DNA of 63,841 bases, filler included, from an uncultured Methanosarcinales archaeon (GCA_964409385.1; 5 parts of 5 records of this genome joined end to end with filler, not necessarily neighbours in it), one strand, 5' to 3'. Numbered from the whole stretch's first letter, positions 20,053-30,424 are shown. Program-made: numbers and translations. The notes: generated from the sequence alone by a model not told the origin.

Positions 20053-20757
20053 CTACTTCTTCCTTCCTGTTCTTCTTGCTCTTAACTTACCAACTTTTCT
20101 TCCTGGTGGTGCGTTTTTTGGCGCGTTCAGTGGTCTTCCTTTGTGAGAACTTTTTGTTCCTCCGAAAGGATGGTCTACTGAATTCATTGAAGTTCCTGAA
20201 ACTGATGGATATAATCTGTTCTTTGCTTTCATTGCGTGGTGTTTCTTTCCTGCTTTTAGGAATGGTTTGTCAAGTCTTCCTCCTCCTGCAACAGTTCCTA
20301 TTGCTGCCCTGCATTTACTATTGAATGTTTTGTTTTTCTTAGAAGGTAATTGTATTGTTGTGATTCCGTCTGCATGAGTTAATATTTTTGCAAAAGTTCC
20401 TGATGCTCTTACGAACTTTCCTCCGTCTCCTGGTGTGTTTTCAATATTGAATATTAGTGTTCCTTCTGGAATAGAATTTAATTCTAGTACGCTCCCTAAT
20501 TTAATTTCTGAGGCTGTTTCTAGTGAGATTTTCTGTCCTACTCTTAATCCTTCTGGTGCAATCATTAAACCAACTGAAGAATTATCATATTCAATTGCTG
20601 CTAATGGTGCTGAATGTCCTGGACATTTTATGAAATCAATTATTTTTCCTTCTTTCACTTTGTTTGGGAATCTTGCCCTCCCTACATAATTAAAGGATGG
20701 AGCCCTATATCTGGGTCCTCCTTTTCCTCTTGCTTGTTGAATTAATCTTTTTCCCAT
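20053..20757 (-). CDS. rpl2: 50S ribosomal protein uL2
   Basis: MGKRLIQQARG, PGDGGKFVRASG, MNSVDHPFGG. Confidence 0.98.
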   Translation of the reverse strand: MGKRLIQQARGKGGPRYRAPSFNYVGRARFPNKVKEGKIIDFIKCPGHSAPLAAIEYDNSSVGLMIAPEGLRVGQKISLETASEIKLGSVLELNSIPEGTLIFNIENTPGDGGKFVRASGTFAKILTHADGITTIQLPSKKNKTFNSKCRAAIGTVAGGGRLDKPFLKAGKKHHAMKAKNRLYPSVSGTSMNSVDHPFGGTKSSHKGRPLNAPKNAPPGRKVGKLRARRTGRKK

Positions 20758-20758
20758 A

Positions 20759-21004
20759 TTACATCAATCCTAATTTTGTAGCTATATCTAAAGCGGGTGT
20801 TTCTTCAGAGAATTTAATGTATGCTCTCTTCCTGCCTTTCGTGTCTACTTGTGTGTTAATCTTCAAAACTTTCGCAGTAAACATTTCTTCAATGTTTTTC
20901 TTTATTTTTTTGGTGTTGTCTTTTAAATCTACAACAAAAACTAATTTGTTTTCTGCTTCTAGCATTCTTATGCTTTTTTCCGTGCTTAATGCATATTTTA
21001 TCAT
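20759..21004 (-). CDS. rpl23: 50S ribosomal protein uL23
   Basis: STEKS...ENKLVFVV...KRAYIK. Confidence 0.96.
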   Translation of the reverse strand: MIKYALSTEKSIRMLEAENKLVFVVDLKDNTKKIKKNIEEMFTAKVLKINTQVDTKGRKRAYIKFSEETPALDIATKLGLM

Positions 21005-21804
21005 AGGAATAGTTTTTCTTTCTCCATTTTTTTGATTGCTGATTCTGTGAATAATGTTGCCCTTCCAGGTAGTGTTCCTGGTGCTAGTAAGTTTGCAGTT
21101 AAATCTTCTACTTTTATTATATCTGTTCCTGGAATGTTATTTGCTGATTTTAACAATTTACAATCTGAAGAAACAACTATTAGTAATCCTTTCTTTTTCT
21201 TATATGGTCTTGCTCTTCCTTTTCCTCTTCCAGGCCTTACTTTCTTTATTGCTGCTCTTTCTAATTCTTTATCAAAACCTAGTTTTTCTAAGGTTGTTTT
21301 AACATCTTTTGTTTTGTTTAGTTTTTCAAAAGAATCTGCTAATACTAGTGGATAATTATCTGGTATTAAATGTCCTCTTTGTGAAACGCTTTCTTTATCT
21401 ACAGTGTAGGAAATTCCTGATCTTAAAGCTAGTTTTTTTTCTTTATTGTTGATTTTTTGTTCCCATTTCTTTTCTGCTTTGGGTGGGTGTGCTTTTCTTC
21501 CTCCGACTGTTCCTGGCGCTTCGGCTCCTACCCAATTAAATCTTGTTCCTCTTCTAGAAAGTATTTTTCTTGGAACTCTTGATATTCCGAAACCGTATGC
21601 TCCTCTATATTTTCTTCTTCGTCTTGAAAGTTTTGCAGAATATTTCTTTCCTGCTTCTGGATCTGTCCCGTATGGTGTTCTTGATGCGGATTGTTCTGCT
21701 AAAACTGCTCTTTTGATGATGTCTTCTCTTTTTTCTTCAGAGAATTGACTAGGTAGTGTGATGTCTGTTTTTTTCTTGTCCTTTTCGTAAATTGGTATTT
21801 TCAT
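21001..21804 (-). CDS. rpl4: 50S ribosomal protein uL4
   Basis: SRVPR, GTVGGRKAHPP, LLAPGTLPGR. Confidence 0.97.
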   Translation of the reverse strand: MKIPIYEKDKKKTDITLPSQFSEEKREDIIKRAVLAEQSASRTPYGTDPEAGKKYSAKLSRRRRKYRGAYGFGISRVPRKILSRRGTRFNWVGAEAPGTVGGRKAHPPKAEKKWEQKINNKEKKLALRSGISYTVDKESVSQRGHLIPDNYPLVLADSFEKLNKTKDVKTTLEKLGFDKELERAAIKKVRPGRGKGRARPYKKKKGLLIVVSSDCKLLKSANNIPGTDIIKVEDLTANLLAPGTLPGRATLFTESAIKKMEKEKLFL

Positions 21805-22724
21805 TGTTTTGATTTTTTACTTATTTCTGAAATTGTTGGTGCTTCTTCTTTTGTTTTTCTTAATGCGGGTGTTAGTCTTATCAATCTTTTTTTTGGTCCT
21901 GGGATTGACCCTTTTATTAAAATGAAGTCTGATTTCACCAAACCATAATTTAAAAATCCTCCTGTTGGGTTTACTTCTTCTGGTGTGTTGGATATTTTCA
22001 TTATGAACTTTGAAAGTTCTGTTCTTAGATGGAATCCTGTCTGTCCTGCTTTTGGTACTCTATAACCCATATAGTGATAACTAACCCAAGGTCCTAAGGA
22101 TCCTGGATTTCTTATTGATTTTTCTGACTTATGGCTTCTTTTTGAAATTCCGAATCTTTTCATTGGTCCTTGGAATCCTTTTCCTTTTGTTATTGAGTGT
22201 GTGTCTACAAAATCTCCTTCTTCAAAAACGTCAGTTATTGAAATTTCTTTTTTTTCTTTTAGTAATTTGTATGTTTCGTTTATGTCTCCTGAAAGTTTTG
22301 CTTCGAAAATTTCTGGAGTTTTCTTAAATGGTGGGTTTGTTTGAACGATCGCTCTTAATTCAGTGCAATTTTCTAGAGATAAAGATTTTGATTTTTTAAT
22401 GTTTGATTTTCTTAATGTTTTTTTGTTGGTGTTAAAAAATTCTTCGCTGAGAAGTGTTGAGTTGGAATATGATCTGAAGCCGATAATGATGAGTTTTGGG
22501 CATTCGATGACTGTGACTGGAATTGAAATTTCTTCGCCTTTTGTTGGTGATGCTTTTCTGTTATCTGTCATTAATGCATGTGTCATTCCTGACTTATATC
22601 CTGCGAATTCAGTGAGTGGTTTGTTAGAAAGTCTTACAGTCCTTACTCTTGGAGTTAATTTTTTAGCTCTAACTCTGGGCCAGAACTGCATACTTCCTGA
22701 TCTTGGTTTGTGACTTTTTGCCAT
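21801..22724 (-). CDS. rpl3: 50S ribosomal protein uL3
   Basis: PRSGSMQFWPR, GYKSGMTH, TKGKGFQG, AGQTGFHLRTE. Confidence 0.97.
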   Translation of the reverse strand: MAKSHKPRSGSMQFWPRVRAKKLTPRVRTVRLSNKPLTEFAGYKSGMTHALMTDNRKASPTKGEEISIPVTVIECPKLIIIGFRSYSNSTLLSEEFFNTNKKTLRKSNIKKSKSLSLENCTELRAIVQTNPPFKKTPEIFEAKLSGDINETYKLLKEKKEISITDVFEEGDFVDTHSITKGKGFQGPMKRFGISKRSHKSEKSIRNPGSLGPWVSYHYMGYRVPKAGQTGFHLRTELSKFIMKISNTPEEVNPTGGFLNYGLVKSDFILIKGSIPGPKKRLIRLTPALRKTKEEAPTISEISKKSKQ

Positions 22725-22863
22725 TTTTTTAGTGAAATAAGCCTAAAAAGAATTCCTGACCTATTGATGGAAATCTCCTTTTCAGGTCTTGTGTACTCGT
22801 TCTTGTTTTAATAACATGAACTGTCTATTTCTGGTGAATAATGGGCTCTTTAAAAAGGTTTGG

Positions 22864-23817
22864 TTATAAGTCTAGAATTAGTTGTTTTTTTTTGTGGTTT
22901 ATTTCTTTTACTTCTTTGTAATTTTTGGCGTTTTTGATGTCTTTTATTATGTTTTTTATTAAAGTGTAGTTTTCATATATTTTTTCTGCTGCTTGTTTGT
23001 TATTAACTATTTGTTCTTTTACTTTTTTCAATTGTTTTGTTTGTTGTTCTACTATTGTTTTTTGTTTGTCTTTTGTTTTTTCTTCTAGTTCTGGTTCTAT
23101 AATGGAAGTTAGTATTTCTGAAAATGTTTTGAATTTTTCGCTGTTTTTTTGTTCAAAAAGTGCGAAATTGTTTTTTGTCAGGGATGGTTTTGGTTTGAAA
23201 GTATTTAGGAAGTTAATTATTTTCTTTTTATTTTGTAATGTTGGTTTTGCGGTTTTTTCTATTTTTAATTGTTCTAGGATATAATCTGAATATTTTCCTC
23301 CTAGTGCGTAATCTGTCGCGAGACTCTTCCCTATTGGCTCTTTTAAGTCGGTTAAATTTTTGAAAGGGGTTGGTTTTTCTTCTAAAGGATATTTTTTTCC
23401 TTTTTCGAAATCTCTTGAAATGTTTGACTTTCTGTAAGCGCCTAGTATTATATAGTCATTATCACACAATGTTATGTTGTTTTTTCCGAATAATTCTATT
23501 AATAGTTTTCCTTTGTTTGTGTTGAATTCTATTATTCTTTCAAAACTTAATTGTTTAACTTCTATAATTCTTGAATTTGAAAGATGTTTTCTTAAGAACA
23601 TACAAAATCCTGGTGGTTGTAAAGATATTTTTATTTTTTTGTCTGAGAAAAACAATATTTTGTTTATTAAATTTAGATATTTTTTCCCTTTGTTTGGAAT
23701 GTGCATTTGAAAAGCAAAGTTGTCTTTATACTGGAAGATTTTATCAAATTTTGCTCCTTTTAAGTTCCATTCTTCTATTAAAAAATGCAGTTCTAACGCA
23801 CTAATTTCTTTTTTCAT
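22864..23817 (-). CDS. NFACT/Rqc2 (FbpA N-terminal) family protein, short form
   Basis: ISALEL, PPGFCMFLRKHL, Q.SFERII, LIELFGKNNI, C-terminal coiled coil. Confidence 0.85.
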   Translation of the reverse strand: MKKEISALELHFLIEEWNLKGAKFDKIFQYKDNFAFQMHIPNKGKKYLNLINKILFFSDKKIKISLQPPGFCMFLRKHLSNSRIIEVKQLSFERIIEFNTNKGKLLIELFGKNNITLCDNDYIILGAYRKSNISRDFEKGKKYPLEEKPTPFKNLTDLKEPIGKSLATDYALGGKYSDYILEQLKIEKTAKPTLQNKKKIINFLNTFKPKPSLTKNNFALFEQKNSEKFKTFSEILTSIIEPELEEKTKDKQKTIVEQQTKQLKKVKEQIVNNKQAAEKIYENYTLIKNIIKDIKNAKNYKEVKEINHKKKQLILDL

Positions 23818-24266
23818 TTTATTGCTTGTTTTAATTTTTCGTAATTTTCTTTTATTGTGTTGTTTGTTTTTATTAATTTAATGTTGTGATTGTTTTCTTC
23901 TGCTTCTATTAGTGAATGTTCGAAAGATTCTGCTTCTAAATTATCTTTGATTTTTTGTTCTGAATATTTTTTTTTCTTTAATCTTTCTTTTAATATTTTT
24001 AGGTTTGTTTCTAAAACTATGCAAATATCTACTTGTTCTTTATCTAGCCAGTATGCTAGGAAACCATCTAGTAGAAAGTTTTTTTTGTCTTTGAAGAAAT
24101 TGTTAAGGTGTTTTTTTGTTTGTTTTTCGTCTAAACTGAGTAATGTTTTGTTTTGTTTTTTCATTAAATCAATGAATGAATAGTATTTTATTCCTTTTTC
24201 AGCACATAATTTCTTGCTTAGTGTTGTTTTTCCCGTGCCTGGCGTGCCTATTATTATTATTCTCAT
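23814..24266 (-). CDS. AK6/Fap7-like adenylate kinase
   Basis: IIIGTPGTGKTT, LKERL..KKYSEQKIKDNLEAE. Confidence 0.85.
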   Translation of the reverse strand: MRIIIIGTPGTGKTTLSKKLCAEKGIKYYSFIDLMKKQNKTLLSLDEKQTKKHLNNFFKDKKNFLLDGFLAYWLDKEQVDICIVLETNLKILKERLKKKKYSEQKIKDNLEAESFEHSLIEAEENNHNIKLIKTNNTIKENYEKLKQAIK

Positions 24267-24320
24267 GTTATCAAGTAGAAATTAGTAATATTTAAAACAA
24301 TGTTTTAATTGTTGTTTCTT

Positions 24321-24608
24321 GTAGGGTGGTACTCGACTTCCGCGTAAGTGAGGAAAGTCTGCCCACCATGAAAAGCAACTCATAGAGATCCTTCAAAGGG
24401 ATGGCAACCACGCAGCAACGAAACCACTTATTAATAGGATGATAGTTGAGAATTTCGGGGTGACCTGGGAGAGTTAACCACTGGACGTTTTAATAAGAAA
24501 GGATGAAACGGTGAGCCCTTGCTGGTGCAAGCTAAAAGTGCTAAGTTAAATGTCGAGAAACTCTGTTCGTGGAGAAGAGTTACAGAAGGCAGCTTATAAC
24601 CACCCTAC
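24321..24608 (+). ncRNA. rnpB: RNase P RNA
   Basis: P1 GTAGGGTGGT/ACCACCCTAC; CR-I GAGGAAAGTCTGCC pairing with CR-V ACAGAAGGCAGCTTA; TGAAACGG and TGCAAG motifs. Confidence 0.93.
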
Positions 24609-24829
24609 TTTTTCTTTTTTCTTGGTTTTTTCTTTGTTGTTCTCTTCTTGCTTATCATTCTTTCTATCTTTAGTTCTTCTGCAAGAATTTTTTTGGTTAG
24701 AATACCTATGTTGTTGTCCATTCTGGCAATTCTTCTTTCTAAAAGAATAAGTACTCTTAAACTGTAAACAATAGCTGCTAATACACCTAGAATGATTGAA
24801 ATCATTGCGCTATCAAGATTGGATACCAT
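24605..24829 (-). CDS. Small membrane protein with basic tail
   Basis: One TM plus coiled segment; GAGGTG Shine-Dalgarno upstream. Confidence 0.7.
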   Translation of the reverse strand: MVSNLDSAMISIILGVLAAIVYSLRVLILLERRIARMDNNIGILTKKILAEELKIERMISKKRTTKKKPRKKKK

Positions 24830-24971
24830 AATTCACCTCTACAATATTGTTTATGATTTGATATATAAACTTTATTATTTAATATTTTATAATTACTTAT
24901 TAATTAGTACAAATTGAATGTCTCGGAAGAATTTCGAAGGTTGAAGAATATCTCACAAGATTGAAGAAAAT

Positions 24972-25071
24972 NNNNNNNNNNNNNNNNNNNNNNNNNNNNN
25001 NNNNNNNNNNNNNNNTTAATTAATTAANNNNNNNNNNNNNNNNNNNNNNNNNNNNNNNNNNNNNNNNNNNN
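24972..25071. other. Artificial contig linker
   Basis: N run - TTAATTAATTAA - N run. Confidence 0.98.
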
Positions 25072-25210
25072 AATCTTGAACACAATCATTACTAGAATCA
25101 GAATCACAAACACCACACATATCCTCTACTGAACTCCCACCCCATTCATCAGCACAATCTTGAACACAATCATTACTAGAATCAGAATCACAAACACCAC
25201 ACATATCCTC
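25072..25210. repeat. Intragenic tandem repeat, 84-bp period, at contig end
   Basis: aatcttgaacacaatcattactagaatcagaatcacaaacaccacacatatcctc occurs twice. Confidence 0.9.
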
Positions 25211-26977
25211 ACTGAAACAATCATCTTCAATAGTTGCATAAGGATTATAATTACAATATTCTTCTTCTAGACAACCACTAGTTGGTAAAACTTCTATATT
25301 AAGATACTTTGTTATTTCCATGTCCTCAACTGTGGCAATTATTTTATGAGAATAATTTCCAAAATTTTGGTTTCCTGGAGTATTAAAAGTAACACCTATT
25401 GTAGGTATTGTGTATGTATAGCCTTGAACCCAGTCTTCACATTCACCAAAGAAAGAATTACATGAATAGGGAGTGTAATTTCCTCCAGGTCCTGTTATTT
25501 GTGCAATTATTAAGAAAGAATCTCCTGCAGAATATTGTACTGTCATGCCAGTTATATCGTTTTGAAATCCACTATTATAAAAAATAACTTGTGGAGGTTC
25601 TCCTGTCATCAAATCATCATCTATCATTGCTACTGTTTGAACAGCATCTGCAACATCTACATCTCCATCTCCATCAACATCGGCTGCATTACTTTGTTCC
25701 TCTGTTAAGACTCCGTCTATTATTGAGTTCATAATTAAATCAACATCTGCTTGAGTTACTAAACCATCATTATTAACATCTCCACTACAATAATTAACAT
25801 AATCACAACTTCCTAGATTACAATATAATGCATCAGGATCATAATTACAAGCTGTAGACTCGCAACAAGTGGCAACTTCAAAAAGTCCGTCTTTAGGATT
25901 CATAAAAATTTGTATATCTTCAGGACCTTCAATACCTATCCTGTATGAAGTTCCCATTTGAACAGTTTCTAAAGTCGAGACTTTATCAGGTTGTAATACT
26001 GGATTGAACCAGCAAGAAATTAATTCCTCATTTGAAGCAGAACAACCATCAAATGAAATTGGATTTCCAGTTTCATCATCACAACAAACAATACTTCCAG
26101 GAGCAATAAACTTCACGTAATTGTTTAGAAAGTCTGCAGGAAATGCTTCTTCAATAAGTACTGGTTCTGTATCTTCCCATAAGAAATGAACAACATTATT
26201 CCCACCAAGTTCTGTAATTGTTGAAGTATCTACCATTACACCTTCAAAAGTAATATCTAAACTTTCTGGCTCTTTTAATTTTATAAACAGTCCCTTATCA
26301 GGAGTTATAGGCAGATTCAGCATATTACCTTGCCATGAAGAACCCACACAAAAAGCAGCCCCATCCCCAATTATATCAATTTGTATTTCACTATTACAAT
26401 AAGCATCAAATAAGTCATGAAAATCAGCAGTATTTGAATTTTCTGGAAAAACATACACACCTACTGACTTGAAAATTCCTTGTTCTAAATGTATTGTTTG
26501 TGTTTCTAAAGTTTCTTCTTGTTCTCCTGAATAATCTCCTTGTATTATTCCAACAATATCTTTATAATCTACAAATCCGCTTTTATCAACATCACCTATT
26601 GAGAATTGTTCTCTTAATAATCCTTTATTATTAACTAATGAATCCATTATTAATCCCGCATCTTCAGGAGTAACTCCTCCACTTCCATCAACATCTCCAG
26701 AAAGTTTATCATACAATGGTTCTACTCTTATTTTCTTTAACAAGTCAGGACATAACTTGGTAGTCATTTTCAATAATGCATCTCCTTTCAAATGAGAATT
26801 CTTAACCCATGCTTGAACATCACAATTTTCTGTTGATTTAACATTTAGTTCTATTTCAACCGTTTTTGTCTGTTGTAATCCTCTAAAAGCCTCTCCAGCA
26901 ATATCATTTTGAAAAAACATTGTAGCCATTAATAGAACTAGAACTAATACTGACGCTGCAATTAAGTTTTTTCTCAC
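25072..26977 (-). CDS. Secreted dockerin-like/EF-hand and Cys-rich repeat protein (3' truncated)
   Basis: N-terminal hydrophobic segment (GTG start proposed); GDVDGSGGVTPED, GDVNNDGLVTQAD, ADVDGDGDVDVAD; ACNYDP; 28-aa CGVCDSDSSNDCVQD repeat. Confidence 0.8.
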
Positions 26978-27127
26978 AGTTAAATTAATTAGAAGTTCTA
27001 TATAAAAGTTATGAAAACAAAGTTTAACAATTAGAACTTTTGTTTCAAACTTGAAGAATTTCAATATTAAGATTTTAATAAATCAAAACAGCAAATTTTA
27101 TAAACACGTACTTGTATGTTTAAACAT

Positions 27128-27349
27128 ATGGCTACTAAAACATTAACCATTACAGAAGAATCTTATAATTTGCTTGATTCAAGAAAGAAAGAAAGAGAAA
27201 GTTTTTCAGAAGTTATAAGCAGAATTCTTAAAAAAAATAGGTTGGCCAATTTTAAGGGGGAAGTTTCTTTAGAAACCGCAAATAAAGTTTTGAAAACTAG
27301 AAATGCACTAAACAAATCCTTCGAGGAAAGGTTGGACCGTTTAAAATGA
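27128..27349 (+). CDS. vapB: VapB-type antitoxin (DUF217-like)
   Basis: MATKTLTITEESY..L..RKKERESFSEVI; stop overlaps vapC start (ATGA). Confidence 0.85.
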   Translation: MATKTLTITEESYNLLDSRKKERESFSEVISRILKKNRLANFKGEVSLETANKVLKTRNALNKSFEERLDRLK

Positions 27350-27714
27350 TTTTAGATTCTGATATTTTAATTGAATTTCTTAGAAATAACAAAAAAGTCA
27401 GAGAACTAATTTCAGAGATTGAAAAAAAGGAATCGATAGGGACTACATCAATTAATACATTCGAAATTTGGCTTAATGTATTGCCTAAAGAGAAAAACAC
27501 TGTTGAACAATTTTTCAAATTAATTCACATTATTGAAATAGATTATGAAACTAGCAAACTAGCTGGTGAAATATTTCAAAAACTAAAATTAAAAGGTAAA
27601 GAAATTGGGAGTTCTGATTGTCTTATTGCTGCAGCTTGTATTCTAGGCAGAGAAACTCTTTTTACTAATAATAAAAAACATTTTGAAGGAATTGCTGGTT
27701 TGAAACTTTATTAA
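27346..27714 (+). CDS. vapC: VapC PIN-domain toxin
   Basis: ILDSDILI, E, DCLIAA, TNNKKHF. Confidence 0.92.
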   Translation: MILDSDILIEFLRNNKKVRELISEIEKKESIGTTSINTFEIWLNVLPKEKNTVEQFFKLIHIIEIDYETSKLAGEIFQKLKLKGKEIGSSDCLIAAACILGRETLFTNNKKHFEGIAGLKLY

Positions 27715-27768
27715 ATACATTAACTAACTTGAATAAAATTTATTAAGAAGCTTCTCTTCAAAAAAAAG

Positions 27769-28947
27769 ATGATTATTGGTATTGTTGGAAAGCCAAATTG
27801 TGGGAAGTCCACTTTTTTCAAGGCTTTAACTCTTGCAGAGGTTGAAATTGCTAATTATCCTTTCGCTACTATAAAACCAAATCATGGTGTTGGGTTTGTC
27901 AAGGTTGATTGTCCTGACAAATTCTTTAAGGTTTCTTGCAATCCTAGAGAGGGTTATTGTCATAATAATGAAAGATTCGTGCCTGTTGATGTTATTGATG
28001 TTGCGGGATTAGTTCCTGGAGCTCATGAGGGTAAGGGCATGGGTAATCAATTCTTAAGTGATTTGAACCAGGCTGATGCTTTAATTCATGTTATTGATGT
28101 TTCTGGATCTACTAATGAAAAGGGGGAAACTGTTGATAAGGGTTTTTACGATCCTGCTAATGATATTAAATTTTTAGAAGCTGAACTTGATCATTGGTAT
28201 TTAGGTATTTTGAAGAAAGGTTGGGAAAAGTTTGCTAGACAAGTTCAACAAACTAATTCTGATATTACTAAAGCATTAACAAAACAACTTTCAGGGCTTG
28301 GAGTTGATGAGGAAATTTGTAAATCTGTTTTAAGAAAATTAAACTTTACAGAAAAACCAGCTACTGAATGGGCTAAAGAAGAATTATTGGAACTAGCTAC
28401 TGAATTTAGAAAAGCAACTAAGCCGTTAATAATTGCTGCTAATAAGATTGATGTTTCCAAAGATAATTTTGAAAGATTAAAAAAACAATTTCCTGAATTA
28501 ACTATTATTCCTTGCTCTGCAGAATCAGAACTTGCTTTGAAAGAAGCTTCTAAACATAAATTAATAGATTATATTTCTGGAAGTACTGATTTTAAGATTC
28601 TTAAGAAAATGACTGAACAACAAGAAAATGCTTTAAATTTCATAAAAAATAATGTTTTAGAAAATACTACTGGCGTTCAAAAAGTTATTAACAATGCAGT
28701 TTTTAAAATTTTAAAATATAAAGCAATATTTCCAGGAGGGGTTAATAATCTTGCTGATTCTGACGGTAATGTTCTTCCTGATTGTTTCTTAATGCCTCCT
28801 AAAGCTACTGCTTTAGATTTTGCTTTTAGGATTCATACTGATATTGGTAAAGCATTTGTAAAAGCGATTGATGTTAAGAAGAAATTACCTGTTGCTAAAG
28901 ATCATATGTTAGAATCTGGTGATGTTGTTGAAATTATGACATCTTAA
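27769..28947 (+). CDS. ychF: YchF/Ola1 family ATPase (OBG GTPase superfamily)
   Basis: GKPNCGKST, ANYPFATIKPN, DVAGLVPGAHEGKGMGNQFL, TGS domain. Confidence 0.96.
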   Translation: MIIGIVGKPNCGKSTFFKALTLAEVEIANYPFATIKPNHGVGFVKVDCPDKFFKVSCNPREGYCHNNERFVPVDVIDVAGLVPGAHEGKGMGNQFLSDLNQADALIHVIDVSGSTNEKGETVDKGFYDPANDIKFLEAELDHWYLGILKKGWEKFARQVQQTNSDITKALTKQLSGLGVDEEICKSVLRKLNFTEKPATEWAKEELLELATEFRKATKPLIIAANKIDVSKDNFERLKKQFPELTIIPCSAESELALKEASKHKLIDYISGSTDFKILKKMTEQQENALNFIKNNVLENTTGVQKVINNAVFKILKYKAIFPGGVNNLADSDGNVLPDCFLMPPKATALDFAFRIHTDIGKAFVKAIDVKKKLPVAKDHMLESGDVVEIMTS

Positions 28948-29957
28948 AGAAGAATATTAAATAGATATCCTATGAATAAAACTTGTGGTACTGTTATTAT
29001 TGGAAGCCAAATTGCTGTTTTTTTTCCTATATTATTCCATATTAATCCAATTTCAGTATAGTCTGTTGCTACTCCTGCCATTAGGAAAACAAATGGATTT
29101 CCTAGAGTTCCTACTTTACTAAAAATTTCAAATGCAATTGGTGAACTTCCTTCGCTACATACTTCTATTATTGTTGCGAAAAGTAAAGTTAATAATACTC
29201 CTGTGAATGAAGGTCCAAAGTATTGCATGAAAATATGAGCTGGAACGTATGCTCTTATTACTGCAGCAATTGTGAAGCCTATTAGTATCCACCATAAAAC
29301 CATATTTGCTAAATGTATTGTTCCATTATAAGTGCCTTTAATGCTTTTTTTAAGATTGAAATTTTTAATATTTTTCCAAGTATAAGTTTCTTTAAATTTC
29401 ACTTTTTTAGATTGTTCTATTAATTTGCTTTTTTCTAATATTGTAAAAATAAATCCTGTGATTAATGCTATTAACATTGCACCTAGTACAAATAATAATG
29501 CCTTCCAACCAAAAAATCCGAATAAGAGAATTGTTACTGGGAGATTAGCCCAAGGAGATGCTAATAAGAATGTTATTACTGCAGGAATTCCTGCACCTTT
29601 TTTATAAAGTTGCATGGATATTGCAAGTATTCCATGAGAACATGCAGATAATAAAAATCCTGCTATTACTGCATACAATAAAGTTGTTTTTTTCTTTCTT
29701 CCTAAATATTTAAAGATGAATTCTTCAGGAACAAAATATTCAATTAAACCTCCGATTACTAATCCTAAAAGAATTGCCCACCATATTAAACTAATATAAG
29801 ATAGTACACTTTCATTCAATGCTGTTAAGAATGGATGAAAAGAAACCAGCAAAATTATAATGAAAAGTGTTCCAACAATTTTTAGTTTCTTTCCTATTTT
29901 TACTAATGATCTATTCTCTTTTTCAGGTTCACAATGATGACAAGTTTTATCTTTCAT
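28944..29957 (-). CDS. DUF318/ArsP-like permease
   Basis: About 8 TMs in two repeats; SACSHG, FLLASPW, EVCSEGSSP, FLMAG; N-terminal CHHC. Confidence 0.85.
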   Translation of the reverse strand: MKDKTCHHCEPEKENRSLVKIGKKLKIVGTLFIIILLVSFHPFLTALNESVLSYISLIWWAILLGLVIGGLIEYFVPEEFIFKYLGRKKKTTLLYAVIAGFLLSACSHGILAISMQLYKKGAGIPAVITFLLASPWANLPVTILLFGFFGWKALLFVLGAMLIALITGFIFTILEKSKLIEQSKKVKFKETYTWKNIKNFNLKKSIKGTYNGTIHLANMVLWWILIGFTIAAVIRAYVPAHIFMQYFGPSFTGVLLTLLFATIIEVCSEGSSPIAFEIFSKVGTLGNPFVFLMAGVATDYTEIGLIWNNIGKKTAIWLPIITVPQVLFIGYLFNILL

Positions 29958-30302
29958 TTACTTATACGCATTTAAATTTTCTAAATTTTCGAAATAATAA
30001 ACTGTATTGAAAAGATCAACTCCTATTATTGCAGTTGCTTTATCTACTGAAGATCCACTTACTGGATCTATTGCAAATCTTATTGATGGATCGTTTTCTA
30101 ATTTTGCCTTGCAGCCCATGCAACAACCATAATATGTTTTTCCGTCTACTTCTACTGGTATTTGTTCTGTTGTGTATGCATCATCATTTACCATACAAAC
30201 ATATTTGGATTCTATTATTGAGAGTTTGGCTTCTTCAGTAACCATTCCTGTCGTTGTACATCCCATTATAAAAACTAAAAAAATTGCTATTATTATTTTC
30301 AT
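29958..30302 (-). CDS. YHS/TRASH-like exported metal-binding protein
   Basis: Signal/lipobox-like IMGC; VCMVND, YYGCCMGC, AIDPVSG..VDK. Confidence 0.8.
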   Translation of the reverse strand: MKIIIAIFLVFIMGCTTTGMVTEEAKLSIIESKYVCMVNDDAYTTEQIPVEVDGKTYYGCCMGCKAKLENDPSIRFAIDPVSGSSVDKATAIIGVDLFNTVYYFENLENLNAYK

Positions 30303-30424
30303 TTTATCGCATTCCTTATTATTTCAGAATTGCAAGCATTGTGTTTCTTGCAATAATCTTCGCATTGTTTGGCTAAACTTTCTTCAGAATATTTAAAACC
30401 ACATTCTTTACAAGTATAGCTCAT
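30299..30424 (-). CDS. 41-aa Cys-rich zinc-finger microprotein (absent from ORF track)
   Basis: MSYTCKECGFKYSEESLAKQCEDYCKKHNACNSEIIRNAIK; ATGA overlaps with both neighbours. Confidence 0.8.
   Translation of the reverse strand: MSYTCKECGFKYSEESLAKQCEDYCKKHNACNSEIIRNAIK

Noticed and set aside
727..24183. Many 60-130 aa plus-strand ORFs antisense to ugd, srp54 and ribosomal genes
   Set aside because: Shadow frames of well-supported minus-strand genes, Phe/Leu/Ser-rich and without motifs.
24915..24971. Three degenerate GAAGAA-containing units at a contig end
   Set aside because: Too short and irregular to call a repeat array; cut off by the gap.
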